DNA of 34,568 nt from a bacterium (GTDB lineage Bacteria > JAHJDO01). Under the pieces are notes generated by a model. It was not told where the DNA came from. It saw only the letters and a list, made by a program, of their open reading frames with translations, and searched no databases. Both the position numbers and the translations under genes were made by a program. The stretch lies in contig JBDRTG010000004.1 in assembly GCA_043824255.1 (NCBI GenBank), positions 1 through 34,568 on the forward strand, given 5' to 3'. Of the stretch, positions 7,286 to 15,621 are shown piece after piece (position 1 is the stretch's first letter; each line of letters starts with the position of its first letter).

Positions 7286-7588
7286 ATGATGACACAACGC
7301 ACTTTAGGTGTTAAGGCTGTAAAAAGTTTACGTTCTGTAGGCGCCCGGTCTATTCCAAAGAGCCAAAGGTCAAGCTCTCTAGAGTTATATACGCTTGGAA
7401 CAGTAAAGGATAGATTGGAGAAAGAAGCATTTGCGTTGGATAAGAGAAGAGACACTGTTAAAAGACAATTTGATGATGTAAAAAAGAGAATCAAAAAATT
7501 GCAAAAAGAAGTATATCAAGAACAAGAGGTAAAAACTCATAAGAATGTGCCTGCTAAGCCTCTGAAAACTATGGCTATAAACTATTAA
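7286..7588 (+). CDS. GvpV-like coiled-coil protein
   Basis: Follows gvpN; SIPKSQRSSSLELYTLGTVKDRLEKE followed by a coiled coil resembles GvpV as I recall it; SD GAGGAGG upstream. Confidence 0.55.
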   Translation: MMTQRTLGVKAVKSLRSVGARSIPKSQRSSSLELYTLGTVKDRLEKEAFALDKRRDTVKRQFDDVKKRIKKLQKEVYQEQEVKTHKNVPAKPLKTMAINY

Positions 7589-7593
7589 TAATT

Positions 7594-7608
7594 GCTGCCA
7601 AAGGCAGC
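7594..7608. repeat. Short perfect palindrome GCTGCC-AAA-GGCAGC (REP-like)
   Basis: Read directly; the core TGCCAAAGGC is also at window positions 1-10. Confidence 0.55.
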
Positions 7609-7626
7609 CTTACTTAAGGGAAAAAA

Positions 7627-8157
7627 ATGGCTAAAGAAAAGAAAAAAGAAGAGGGTTTAGATATTGATTTTGGGATGGAGAAACTCGGTTTAGGGGGACT
7701 ATTTAAGGGAATTGAGAAATTAGTTAATCTGGCAGCAGATTTAAAAGAAGCCGGAGGGGAGATTAAAAAAGAAGGCGAAATAGACCTGAGCCATCTTAAG
7801 AAAGGGATGAAGGGAGTATTTGGCTTTTCCGTAAAAAGCGCAGTGGGAGGAAAACCAACAGTTGAGACGTTCGGCCACAAAATTAAGAAGACCCCTGAAG
7901 GTCCCACGGTTGAAGAAGAGAGAGAGCCTATCGTAGATGTATTTGATGAAAAAGAAGAGATCCGAGTCTATGCTGAGATGCCAGGGGTAAATGACGAATC
8001 TATATCGGTCGATTTAAAGGGCGACATACTAGAAATAACAGCTGTAAGTAAGGATAGAAAATACCGCAAGGAAATTTTACTTCCTGCTAAAGTTGAACCT
8101 AAAACTTTAGAGAGGAGTTTTAAAAACGGTATCCTAGAGATTAAGATGAAGAAGTGA
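7627..8157 (+). CDS. Hsp20/alpha-crystallin small heat-shock protein (GvpH-like)
   Basis: REPIVDVFDEKEEIRVYAEMPGV...YRKEILLP...SFKNGILEIKMKK alpha-crystallin domain. Confidence 0.9.
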   Translation: MAKEKKKEEGLDIDFGMEKLGLGGLFKGIEKLVNLAADLKEAGGEIKKEGEIDLSHLKKGMKGVFGFSVKSAVGGKPTVETFGHKIKKTPEGPTVEEEREPIVDVFDEKEEIRVYAEMPGVNDESISVDLKGDILEITAVSKDRKYRKEILLPAKVEPKTLERSFKNGILEIKMKK

Positions 8158-8164
8158 ATGGATA

Positions 8165-9100
8165 ATGGCATTAACAGGATTAAGGGAAGATGCGTTAAAA
8201 CTGATTTTATTTGGAGGGAAGGGTGGCGTAGGAAAGACAACCTGTGCAGTTAGCGCAGGCTTTTATTTATCAAAGAATTTTAGGACATTACTTTTTTCAA
8301 CAGACCCGGCACATTCACTCTCTGATAGTTTAGAACGGAAAATTGGCAGTAACATAATAGAGGTGAAAGGAACAAAAAACTTGAGTGCTTTTGAAGTAAG
8401 CGCAGAAAAGGCTCTTTCCAGATTCAAAATAAAACATGAAGACCAGATAAAAAAGATTTTGGATACCTCTACCTATTTAGATGAGGAAGACATTGATTCC
8501 ATCTTTGATTTGCCTATTCCCGGGATGGATGAAGTGATGGGGTTCAAGACAATTGTTGATTTAATAGAGGAAGCGAAGTTTGACAAGTACATTGTAGATA
8601 CTGCGCCTAGCGGTCATGCGATGAGACTTCTGACTTTACCTGACCTGCTGGATGACTGGGTCAAGGTTATGGCAAAGATGAGATGGAAGTATCGGTATAT
8701 GGTGGAAAGATTTGGCGGAAGATATAATCCTGACGAAGGAGATGATTTCTTATTAACTATGAAAAAGACCGTAAAGAGAATAGAAAATCTTCTTAAGGAT
8801 CAAAAAAGGTGTGAATTTATAGCAGTTACCATTCCGGAAGATATGGCTATTTTAGAAACAGGGAGAATGATAAATAATTTGAACGACTATGGCATAAAGG
8901 TGAGGCAATTAGTAATAAATAATGTTGTAGAATCGCAGGATTGCGGATTTTGTAGAGAAAGAAGAAAAGGGCAGGAGAAACATATAAACCAAATAATGGA
9001 AAAGTTCGATAACCTAAAAATAACAATTGTCCCTTTGCAATCGAGAGAGGTCAAAGGCACAGATGCTTTGAATAATTTTAAGGAGGTGTTATTTCAATAA
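8165..9100 (+). CDS. ArsA/GET3 (TRC40) family ATPase, single nucleotide-binding domain
   Basis: [38 protein letters not shown]-terminal CxxC (CGFC). Confidence 0.93.
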   Translation: MALTGLREDALKLILFGGKGGVGKTTCAVSAGFYLSKNFRTLLFSTDPAHSLSDSLERKIGSNIIEVKGTKNLSAFEVSAEKALSRFKIKHEDQIKKILDTSTYLDEEDIDSIFDLPIPGMDEVMGFKTIVDLIEEAKFDKYIVDTAPSGHAMRLLTLPDLLDDWVKVMAKMRWKYRYMVERFGGRYNPDEGDDFLLTMKKTVKRIENLLKDQKRCEFIAVTIPEDMAILETGRMINNLNDYGIKVRQLVINNVVESQDCGFCRERRKGQEKHINQIMEKFDNLKITIVPLQSREVKGTDALNNFKEVLFQ

Positions 9101-11274
9101 TGGCAAAAAAGAACTCAACCCTTACACTTAAAGTAAAAGAAGCTCTGCCAAAGGATGCAGGAAGGGCTATCGCCAGGATTGACCCGGAAGATATGAAAAC
9201 GCTTGGAATAGAAGTAGGCGAGGTTGTAGAGATTGACGGTAAAAGAAAAACTCCTGTCAAAGCAATGCCGTCTTACGCAGAAGATAGAGGGAAAAAGACT
9301 ATTCAAATGGATGGAATATCCAGAGAGAATGCGCAGATTGGACTGGATGAAAAGGTAAATATCAGCAAGATTTCCTATAAGGCTGCTAACAAAATCACAC
9401 TCTCTCCTCTGACTGCATCGAGCCTGCTTCAAAGAGATAAAGATACCAGATATATCGGCTCGCTTATGGAGGGGCTTCCTGTAACCAGCGGCGATAGGAT
9501 TAGAGCTACGCTTTTTGGCTCAAGATCCTGCGATTTTAAGGTATTGGATGCTATTCCTGCGGGTGTAGTTTTAATAAACCAGACTACTTCAATAAAGATG
9601 GAGACAAAGGGGGTAGAAAAAGAGAGGTCAGCCAAAGTTTCATATGAAGATATTGGCGGGCTTGATAAGCCAATCCAAAGAATTAGGGAGATGATAGAGC
9701 TTCCTCTGAAATATCCTCAAGTATTTGAAAGATTGGGAATTGATCCGCCGAAAGGCGTTTTTCTTCATGGTCCTCCGGGTTGTGGGAAAACTTTAATCGC
9801 TCGGGCCGTGGCTAATGAAACAGATGCTTATTTTACCAGCATAAGCGGACCGGAAATTATGGGGAAGTTTTATGGGGAGAGCGAAGCCCGCCTCCGTTCC
9901 ATATTTGAAGATGCTCAAGCACATGCACCTGCTATCATATTTTTGGATGAGATTGAATCTATTGCTCCAAAAAGAGAAGATATGGGCGCTGAAAAACAGG
10001 TTGAGCGAAGAGTGGTAGCTCAGCTTCTGGCTCTGATGGATGGATTAGAATCAAGGGGACACGTTGTTGTTATAGCTGCAACCAATTTACCTAATACAGT
10101 TGATCCGGCTTTGAGACGGCCAGGCCGTTTTGACAGAGAATTATCTATCCCTATTCCGGATAAAAATGGGCGATTAGAAATTTTACAGATACATACAAGA
10201 GGAATGCCTCTGGCAGAAGATGTGACTTTAGAGAAGTTAGCTGAGATTACTCATGGATTTGTGGGCGCTGATTTAGAATCATTAGCAAGAGAAGCAGCAA
10301 TGTCAGCGTTAAGAAAGATTTTGCCTAAGATAGATTTTGAGTTAGCGGAGATACCTTATGAGACTCTTTTAGAATTGCAGGTTACTATGGATAATTTTTT
10401 GGAGGCATTGAAAGAAATAGAGCCTTCTGCTATCCGCGAGGTGTTTGTTGAAGTTCCTGATGTAAAGTGGAGTGAGATTGGTGGATTAGATGAAATAAAG
10501 AAGACTTTAATTGAAGCAGTAGAATGGCCTCTTAAATACAGCAGATTATTTGAGCACGTCAAAACAGAGCCGCCTACAGGCATTTTGCTCTCCGGTTCTC
10601 CTGGCACGGGAAAGACTTTGGTAGCCAAAGCATTAGCTACTGAGAGCGGGGTTAATTTTATTTCTGTTAAAGGCCCTGAGATTATGAGTAAGTATGTGGG
10701 TGAGTCAGAACGCGCTGTCCGTGAGATATTTAAAAAGGCAAGAATGGCAGCTCCCTGTATTTTGTTCCTGGATGAAATAGACAGTCTGGTTCCTAAACGC
10801 GGAAGCGCTGGAGGGGATTCACAGGTAACCGAGAGAGTAATCAGCCAATTTCTTACTGAACTTGGCGGGATAGAGAGATTAAAGGGCGTAGTAGTGATTG
10901 GTGCGACCAATAGATTAGATATGATAGACACCGCAATATCAAGGGCTGGAAGGTTTGATATCCATTTAAACTTTCCATTACCTGACAAAAAGACAAGACT
11001 CAGAATTTTTGAAATTCATGCTAAAAGCAAACCATTAGATAAAGATGTAAATTTAGAAAAATTAGCAGATCAAACAGAAGAATATTCCGGGGCAGATATT
11101 GAAGCTATTTGCCGTCGCGCGTCTATGCTTGCTATAAGAGGATATATAAAAAATCAAAAATCCCCGAAGGACAAGCCTACGGGGCAGGCAAAAAGCAAAG
11201 ATCAAAAATTAGAACTCAAGATATCAAAGAGCAATTTTGAAGAAGCTATTAAACTGGTTGAGAGTCAAAGGTGA
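9100..11274 (+). CDS. CDC48/VCP/p97-family AAA+ ATPase (N domain + two AAA modules)
   Basis: N domain [20 protein letters not shown]1 [31 protein letters not shown]2 [21 protein letters not shown]. Confidence 0.95.
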   Translation: MAKKNSTLTLKVKEALPKDAGRAIARIDPEDMKTLGIEVGEVVEIDGKRKTPVKAMPSYAEDRGKKTIQMDGISRENAQIGLDEKVNISKISYKAANKITLSPLTASSLLQRDKDTRYIGSLMEGLPVTSGDRIRATLFGSRSCDFKVLDAIPAGVVLINQTTSIKMETKGVEKERSAKVSYEDIGGLDKPIQRIREMIELPLKYPQVFERLGIDPPKGVFLHGPPGCGKTLIARAVANETDAYFTSISGPEIMGKFYGESEARLRSIFEDAQAHAPAIIFLDEIESIAPKREDMGAEKQVERRVVAQLLALMDGLESRGHVVVIAATNLPNTVDPALRRPGRFDRELSIPIPDKNGRLEILQIHTRGMPLAEDVTLEKLAEITHGFVGADLESLAREAAMSALRKILPKIDFELAEIPYETLLELQVTMDNFLEALKEIEPSAIREVFVEVPDVKWSEIGGLDEIKKTLIEAVEWPLKYSRLFEHVKTEPPTGILLSGSPGTGKTLVAKALATESGVNFISVKGPEIMSKYVGESERAVREIFKKARMAAPCILFLDEIDSLVPKRGSAGGDSQVTERVISQFLTELGGIERLKGVVVIGATNRLDMIDTAISRAGRFDIHLNFPLPDKKTRLRIFEIHAKSKPLDKDVNLEKLADQTEEYSGADIEAICRRASMLAIRGYIKNQKSPKDKPTGQAKSKDQKLELKISKSNFEEAIKLVESQR
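11151..11210. repeat. Heptamer array (AAATCAA-like) interrupted by a 27-bp GC-rich palindromic insert, inside cdc48
   Basis: Removing 11162-11188 (CCCCGAAGGACAAGCCTACGGGGCAGG) leaves AAATCAA AAATCAA AAAGCAA AGATCAA AAATT; the insert folds as CCCCG-A-AGG/CCT-A-CGGGG. Confidence 0.7.
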
Positions 11275-11277
11275 TTA

Positions 11278-11748
11278 ATGCCAAGAAGTGTACAGCTAAA
11301 GACGATGAGAGATGTATGGAAAAGACATGGTAGAGTTCCAAGTAGTGTAGGATTAGGCGTGGGAGCACCTTCTAAATTAACAAAGCATTCTTCAACAGAA
11401 ATTAGTACAAGCTATAAAGGTAAGGTTTATGAGAAACCAAGAGAGTGGCAGTATATAACCAAACCTTTCTTTAAAAGGATAAAGGAACCGATTGTAGATG
11501 TATTTAAGGAAGCAGAAGAGATACAAATTATTATAGATTTGGGCAATTTCACCAAGGGCGAACTTGATTTTGAATTAAAGCAAGGAAAGTATTGTATCTT
11601 CGGTAAACATGGAGATTGCGAATTCCATGAAGAGATCCCTTTACCTAAGGGCGTAGATACAAAAAAGATAAAAGAAATATTTCGAAATAATATCTTAGAA
11701 CTTACTATGCCTAAGAAGACTATTAAAAAACGTGGAGAAAGAAAATGA
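11278..11748 (+). CDS. Second Hsp20/GvpH-like protein
   Basis: KEPIVDVFKEAEEIQIIIDL...FHEEIPLP...FRNNILELTMPK alpha-crystallin-like C-terminal half. Confidence 0.78.
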   Translation: MPRSVQLKTMRDVWKRHGRVPSSVGLGVGAPSKLTKHSSTEISTSYKGKVYEKPREWQYITKPFFKRIKEPIVDVFKEAEEIQIIIDLGNFTKGELDFELKQGKYCIFGKHGDCEFHEEIPLPKGVDTKKIKEIFRNNILELTMPKKTIKKRGERK

Positions 11749-12368
11749 AAAACAAACTACAAATCTTAGTAATTGATGACGAGAAAGATATTTGCGATCT
11801 TTTTAGGGAAATTTTAACCCCGGAAGGTTATATAGTACTTACAGCCCTGGATGGAATGAGAGGTCTTGAGATAGCCGAGGAAAAGAAGCCAGACATTGTG
11901 TTATTAGATTTAAAGATGCCTAAGATGGATGGGATTGAGGTGCTTCGCCGTATTAAGAAGATAGATAAAAATATCATAGTTATCATAATCACTGCTTATG
12001 GGACAATGGATACTGCTCGACTAGCTATGAAGTTAGGTGCTTATGATTATATTACCAAACCATTCGATATTAATTATGTAAAGGCAGTCATCAAAGATGG
12101 GGTAAAATCAACCCTTCAGGCCTTTGCAGATCAGATGAAGGAGAGGAAGGTCTTGAAGGATGTCAGGTCTAAACAGGCTACGCTGGCTAAGGTAAGGCAT
12201 TGCAGAGAAACTCGAGCCTGTTTGTGGGAGGTAGCTATAAGGGCCTTTGTATTAGGCGACGATAGTTTTATGGTAGGATGGATGGAGGATCCTAAAGCGA
12301 GTAAAGAAGAAAAATTAGGATTAATACAAATTGCTCAGATTCTCAAAGCAGATATGGCAAAAAAGTAA
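11745..12368 (+). CDS. Response regulator receiver protein with an uncharacterised C-terminal extension
   Basis: ILVIDDE, LLDLKMPKMDG, ITAY, TKPF; ~85-aa tail with no recognisable output domain. Confidence 0.88.
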   Translation: MKNKLQILVIDDEKDICDLFREILTPEGYIVLTALDGMRGLEIAEEKKPDIVLLDLKMPKMDGIEVLRRIKKIDKNIIVIIITAYGTMDTARLAMKLGAYDYITKPFDINYVKAVIKDGVKSTLQAFADQMKERKVLKDVRSKQATLAKVRHCRETRACLWEVAIRAFVLGDDSFMVGWMEDPKASKEEKLGLIQIAQILKADMAKK

Positions 12369-12419
12369 AAATTAGTCTATTAGAAGGACAGGAAAACGAA
12401 ATGAAGGGGGGTGGTTAAG

Positions 12420-12554
12420 ATGGCAGGGATTATTGAGAAAATTAAAAACTTTTTTAGCAGCATGTGTATATGCAAAGTTAAGAAGGAAAAAGAAGAACCT
12501 AAACTGCAACAGGAAGAGCCTAAGGTAGAGGAAAAACCTAAAGAACAAAAATAA
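12420..12554 (+). CDS. Small 44-aa protein absent from the ORF track (MAGIIEKIKNFFSSMCICKVKKEKEEPKLQQEEPKVEEKPKEQK)
   Basis: Translated by hand: ATG 12420, TAA 12552-12554; SD-like AAGGGGGGTGG at 12404-12414; fills the gap before the next gvp gene. Confidence 0.65.
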   Translation: MAGIIEKIKNFFSSMCICKVKKEKEEPKLQQEEPKVEEKPKEQK

Positions 12555-12569
12555 TAACCAAGGTGTAAA

Positions 12570-13574
12570 ATGGCTGAAATTGGAAAATATATTTATGGAA
12601 TTATAAGTGCTAATACGGACTTCCGCCTTTTTGTCTCGGAGGATAGCATACATGCGATTCCTTCTCAGGATATCTCGGCTGTAGTAGGAGACTCCGAGAT
12701 AATCGATTACACTTGTATATCTAAAGGTGATGTGGCGAAGATGCTGGTCAGGCATCAAAAGGTTATTGAAAGAATTATGAGTTCAGGGATTACAATTATT
12801 CCTATGAAATTAGGCACATTCGCTGTTTCGGAAATTGAGGTCAAGTATGTTTTGGATAGAGGCTATAATCTCATTAAGGAGACTATGGAGAAGACGGGCA
12901 ACAAAATAGAGATTGATATAGTCGCCACATGGAGTGATTTTCCTTCAATTCTTAAAGAGGTTGGGGAAGAGAGAGAAATTAAAGAATTAAAAGAAAGGCT
13001 TTTAGCTAGTCCAAAAGAGATAACTATAACTGACCAGATGAAAGTAGGGCTTATGGTTAAGAAAGCATTGGATATAAAAAAAGGGAAATATGCTGAAAAG
13101 ATAAAGAATACACTGGAAACTCTAAGCCAGGATCTAAAGTTGCATGAACTCATGGACGATAATATGGTTGCTAATATAGCCTTTTTGATAAATAAAACCC
13201 GGCAAATAGAATTTGATAAAAAGATAGAAGACCTAAACACTGAATTTCACGATGAGTTAAATTTTAGATGTGTAGGTCCGCTTCCGCCTTATAGTTTCTA
13301 TACGCTTGAGATAAAAAAGATGCAATTTGGCGAGATTGATTGGGCAAAAAAGAAGTTGGGTTTAAATGATTTTGCAGATAAAGATGAAATTAAGAAAGCC
13401 TATCGAAGAGTAGCCGCTTCTTTCCATCCTGATAGAAATCCGGACATACCAGCTAAAATTTTTGATGATGTAAACAAAGCCAATAAGATACTTATTGACT
13501 ATTGCAAAGCTCGTGAACAAGCAGGCGAGGAAGAATTTAAAAAGAACGCAGTATTGATCAAAGTGAGGGAGTAG
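12570..13574 (+). CDS. GvpL/GvpF-family protein fused to a C-terminal DnaJ J-domain
   Basis: KYIYGII, TIIPMKLGT, ANIAFLI, VGPLPPYSF (GvpF/L), then LGL...DEIKKAYRRVAASFHPDRNP (HPD motif at 13425-13433). Confidence 0.88.
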   Translation: MAEIGKYIYGIISANTDFRLFVSEDSIHAIPSQDISAVVGDSEIIDYTCISKGDVAKMLVRHQKVIERIMSSGITIIPMKLGTFAVSEIEVKYVLDRGYNLIKETMEKTGNKIEIDIVATWSDFPSILKEVGEEREIKELKERLLASPKEITITDQMKVGLMVKKALDIKKGKYAEKIKNTLETLSQDLKLHELMDDNMVANIAFLINKTRQIEFDKKIEDLNTEFHDELNFRCVGPLPPYSFYTLEIKKMQFGEIDWAKKKLGLNDFADKDEIKKAYRRVAASFHPDRNPDIPAKIFDDVNKANKILIDYCKAREQAGEEEFKKNAVLIKVRE

Positions 13575-13581
13575 TAGGAAT

Positions 13582-14352
13582 ATGGAGAAAGAAGGGAAAT
13601 ATATCTATTGTGTTGTTGCAACATCACAGGAGAGGAATTTTGGGCCAATAGGAATAGGCGGCAGGTGCGATGAGGTTTTAACTGTTGGCTATAATGACCT
13701 GAGCATGGTTGTAAGCAGTCATCCAATGACTAAATTTACTGTTAATCGCGAGAATATGCTGGCTCACGAGAAGATAATTGAAGAAGTGATGAAGGAATTT
13801 GATAGCGTACTTCCAGTCAGGTTTGGCACTATTGCCTCTAATGCTGATGAGATAAGAAATCTTTTAGATAAAAGATATAGAGAATTTAAGAACGCATTAA
13901 GGGATATGGACCATAAAATAGAATTAGGCGTTAAAGGAATATGGAAGAATATGGAAATAATCTTTAAAGAGATTGTGCAGGAGAATAAAGAGATTAAGAA
14001 GGCAAAAGTGAAAATTCAAAACGGCAAAGGGAAAAAGAATATACAATCTAAGAGGGAGGTTGGTAAAGAGGTTTTTGAAGCTCTGCAAAAGAAAAAAGAG
14101 AAAGAGGCAGAGAAGATAGTAGATGCCTTAAGAAGAACATCCTTTGACCATAAACTTAATAAGACTATTACAGATGAGATGTTTATGAATGCAGCCTTTT
14201 TGGTAGATAAAGGGAGAGAGAAAGAATTTGATAATATAATGGATGATTTAAGTGAAGAATATAAGGATAGAGTAAAGTTTATGTATGTAGGTCCTTTACC
14301 TGTTTTTAATTTTGTGAGCATTGCCATTTATCCTGAGGAATGGGAAAAGTGA
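13582..14352 (+). CDS. gvpF: GvpL/GvpF-family gas vesicle protein
   Basis: KYIYCVV, AHEKIIEEVM, VLPVRFGT, NAAFLVDK, GPLPVFNFV. Confidence 0.88.
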   Translation: MEKEGKYIYCVVATSQERNFGPIGIGGRCDEVLTVGYNDLSMVVSSHPMTKFTVNRENMLAHEKIIEEVMKEFDSVLPVRFGTIASNADEIRNLLDKRYREFKNALRDMDHKIELGVKGIWKNMEIIFKEIVQENKEIKKAKVKIQNGKGKKNIQSKREVGKEVFEALQKKKEKEAEKIVDALRRTSFDHKLNKTITDEMFMNAAFLVDKGREKEFDNIMDDLSEEYKDRVKFMYVGPLPVFNFVSIAIYPEEWEK

Positions 14353-15104
14353 AAGAAGGTAAGTACATATATTGTGTAATAAAAATTAACGAACCAAAAA
14401 CTTTCGGTCCACTGGGAGTTGGCGGAAGAGGGGACGAACTGCATACTATTTGCTTTAATGATATAGCAGTTGTAGTGAGCAATTCTCCAATAATAAAATA
14501 CCCGGTATCAAGGGAGAATACACTTGCTCATGAAAAGGCAATTGAGGAAGTAATGAAAAAGCATGTAGTTTTGCCGGTAAGATTTTGTACAATTGCTGAA
14601 GACGAAAAGAAGGTAAAGAAGATTTTAGAAAGAGAGCATGATAAATTCAAAGATCTGTTGGACAAAATTAATAATAAAAAAGAGCTTGGGTTAAAAGCAA
14701 TATTTAAAGAGGATGTTATTTATAAAGATATCTTGGAAAAACATGAAGACATAAGAAAGTTAAAGGAAGGGCTGGCTTCTAAACCCCCTGAAGCGACTCA
14801 TTACGAACGTATGGAAATAGGGAAAATGGTGGAAACTGCTCTGCAAAAAGAGAAAGAGATTTGTGAAAAGGATATTATTAATACTCTTTCGCCTTTGGCA
14901 GTAGAGCATAAGACGAATAATACCTATGGCGAACGCATGATTATTAATGCGGCTTTTTTAGTGGAGAAAAGCAAAGAAACAGAATTTGACCGGAATGTTC
15001 AGGAACTGGACGGAAAATATGGGAATAAAATAAAATTTAAGTATGTAGGAACCATACCGCCATTTAATTTTGTCAATTTAGTAATTAATATAGGAGAGTA
15101 TTAA
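14340..15104 (+). CDS. gvpF: GvpL/GvpF-family gas vesicle protein (alternative GTG start at 14349)
   Basis: KYIYCVI, AHEKAIEEVM, VLPVRFCT, NAAFLVEK, GTIPPFNFV; directly upstream of gvpG. Confidence 0.88.
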   Translation: MGKVKEGKYIYCVIKINEPKTFGPLGVGGRGDELHTICFNDIAVVVSNSPIIKYPVSRENTLAHEKAIEEVMKKHVVLPVRFCTIAEDEKKVKKILEREHDKFKDLLDKINNKKELGLKAIFKEDVIYKDILEKHEDIRKLKEGLASKPPEATHYERMEIGKMVETALQKEKEICEKDIINTLSPLAVEHKTNNTYGERMIINAAFLVEKSKETEFDRNVQELDGKYGNKIKFKYVGTIPPFNFVNLVINIGEY

Positions 15105-15343
15105 TGTTTTTAATTGATGATATATTCCTTGCGCCATTGAAAGGGGTGGTTTGGCTTGGCAAGAAGATTAATGAGGTTATAGAGAAGGAAATCTCTGATG
15201 AAGGGCGGATAAAAGAGAAACTCATGGAATTACAAATGCGGTTTGAGTTGGATGAAATAAACGATGAAGAATATAAGAAGCAGGAAGAAGAACTTTTAGC
15301 GCGATTAGACGCTATTAGAAAAGCAAAAGAAGAGGAGGTGTGA
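15104..15343 (+). CDS. gvpG: Gas vesicle protein GvpG
   Basis: MFLIDDIFLAPLKGVVWL...LMELQMRFELDEINDEEYKKQEEELLARL. Confidence 0.92.
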   Translation: MFLIDDIFLAPLKGVVWLGKKINEVIEKEISDEGRIKEKLMELQMRFELDEINDEEYKKQEEELLARLDAIRKAKEEEV

Positions 15344-15345
15344 AG

Positions 15346-15600
15346 ATGGCTAATATGGAAGAAGCTAAGAAAGCAGTTGCTGAGTTTTTGAGAAAGACCC
15401 TTAATGTCAAAGATGTAAAGGTTATTAAGGTTGGAAAGAGTGAAAAGGGCTGGGAGACAGAAACAGAAGTATATGAGGAGAGTTCATTTATAAAGGCTCT
15501 TGGACTTCCAACAAGAGTAAAGGACCGGAATATCTATGAGGTTAAATTGGATGATAAATTAGAAGTCCAATCCTACGAATGCAAGAGTAAAGAAGAATAA
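15346..15600 (+). CDS. gvpO: Gas vesicle protein GvpO/GvpR family
   Basis: GWETETEVYEE...IYEVKLDDKLEVQSYE pattern; SD GGAGGTG at 15334-15340 favours ATG 15346. Confidence 0.75.
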   Translation: MANMEEAKKAVAEFLRKTLNVKDVKVIKVGKSEKGWETETEVYEESSFIKALGLPTRVKDRNIYEVKLDDKLEVQSYECKSKEE

Positions 15601-15621
15601 GAATAGGAACAGGATATAAGG

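Noticed and set aside
8165..9100. Arsenic resistance operon
   Set aside because: Single-domain ATPase with no arsB/acr3/arsC/arsD/arsR nearby
12372..12758. 128-aa minus-strand ORF across the gap before the GvpF-J gene
   Set aside because: Antisense to the operon; its Phe/Leu-rich stretch mirrors the Lys/Glu codons of the plus-strand 44-aa ORF, which has a proper SD
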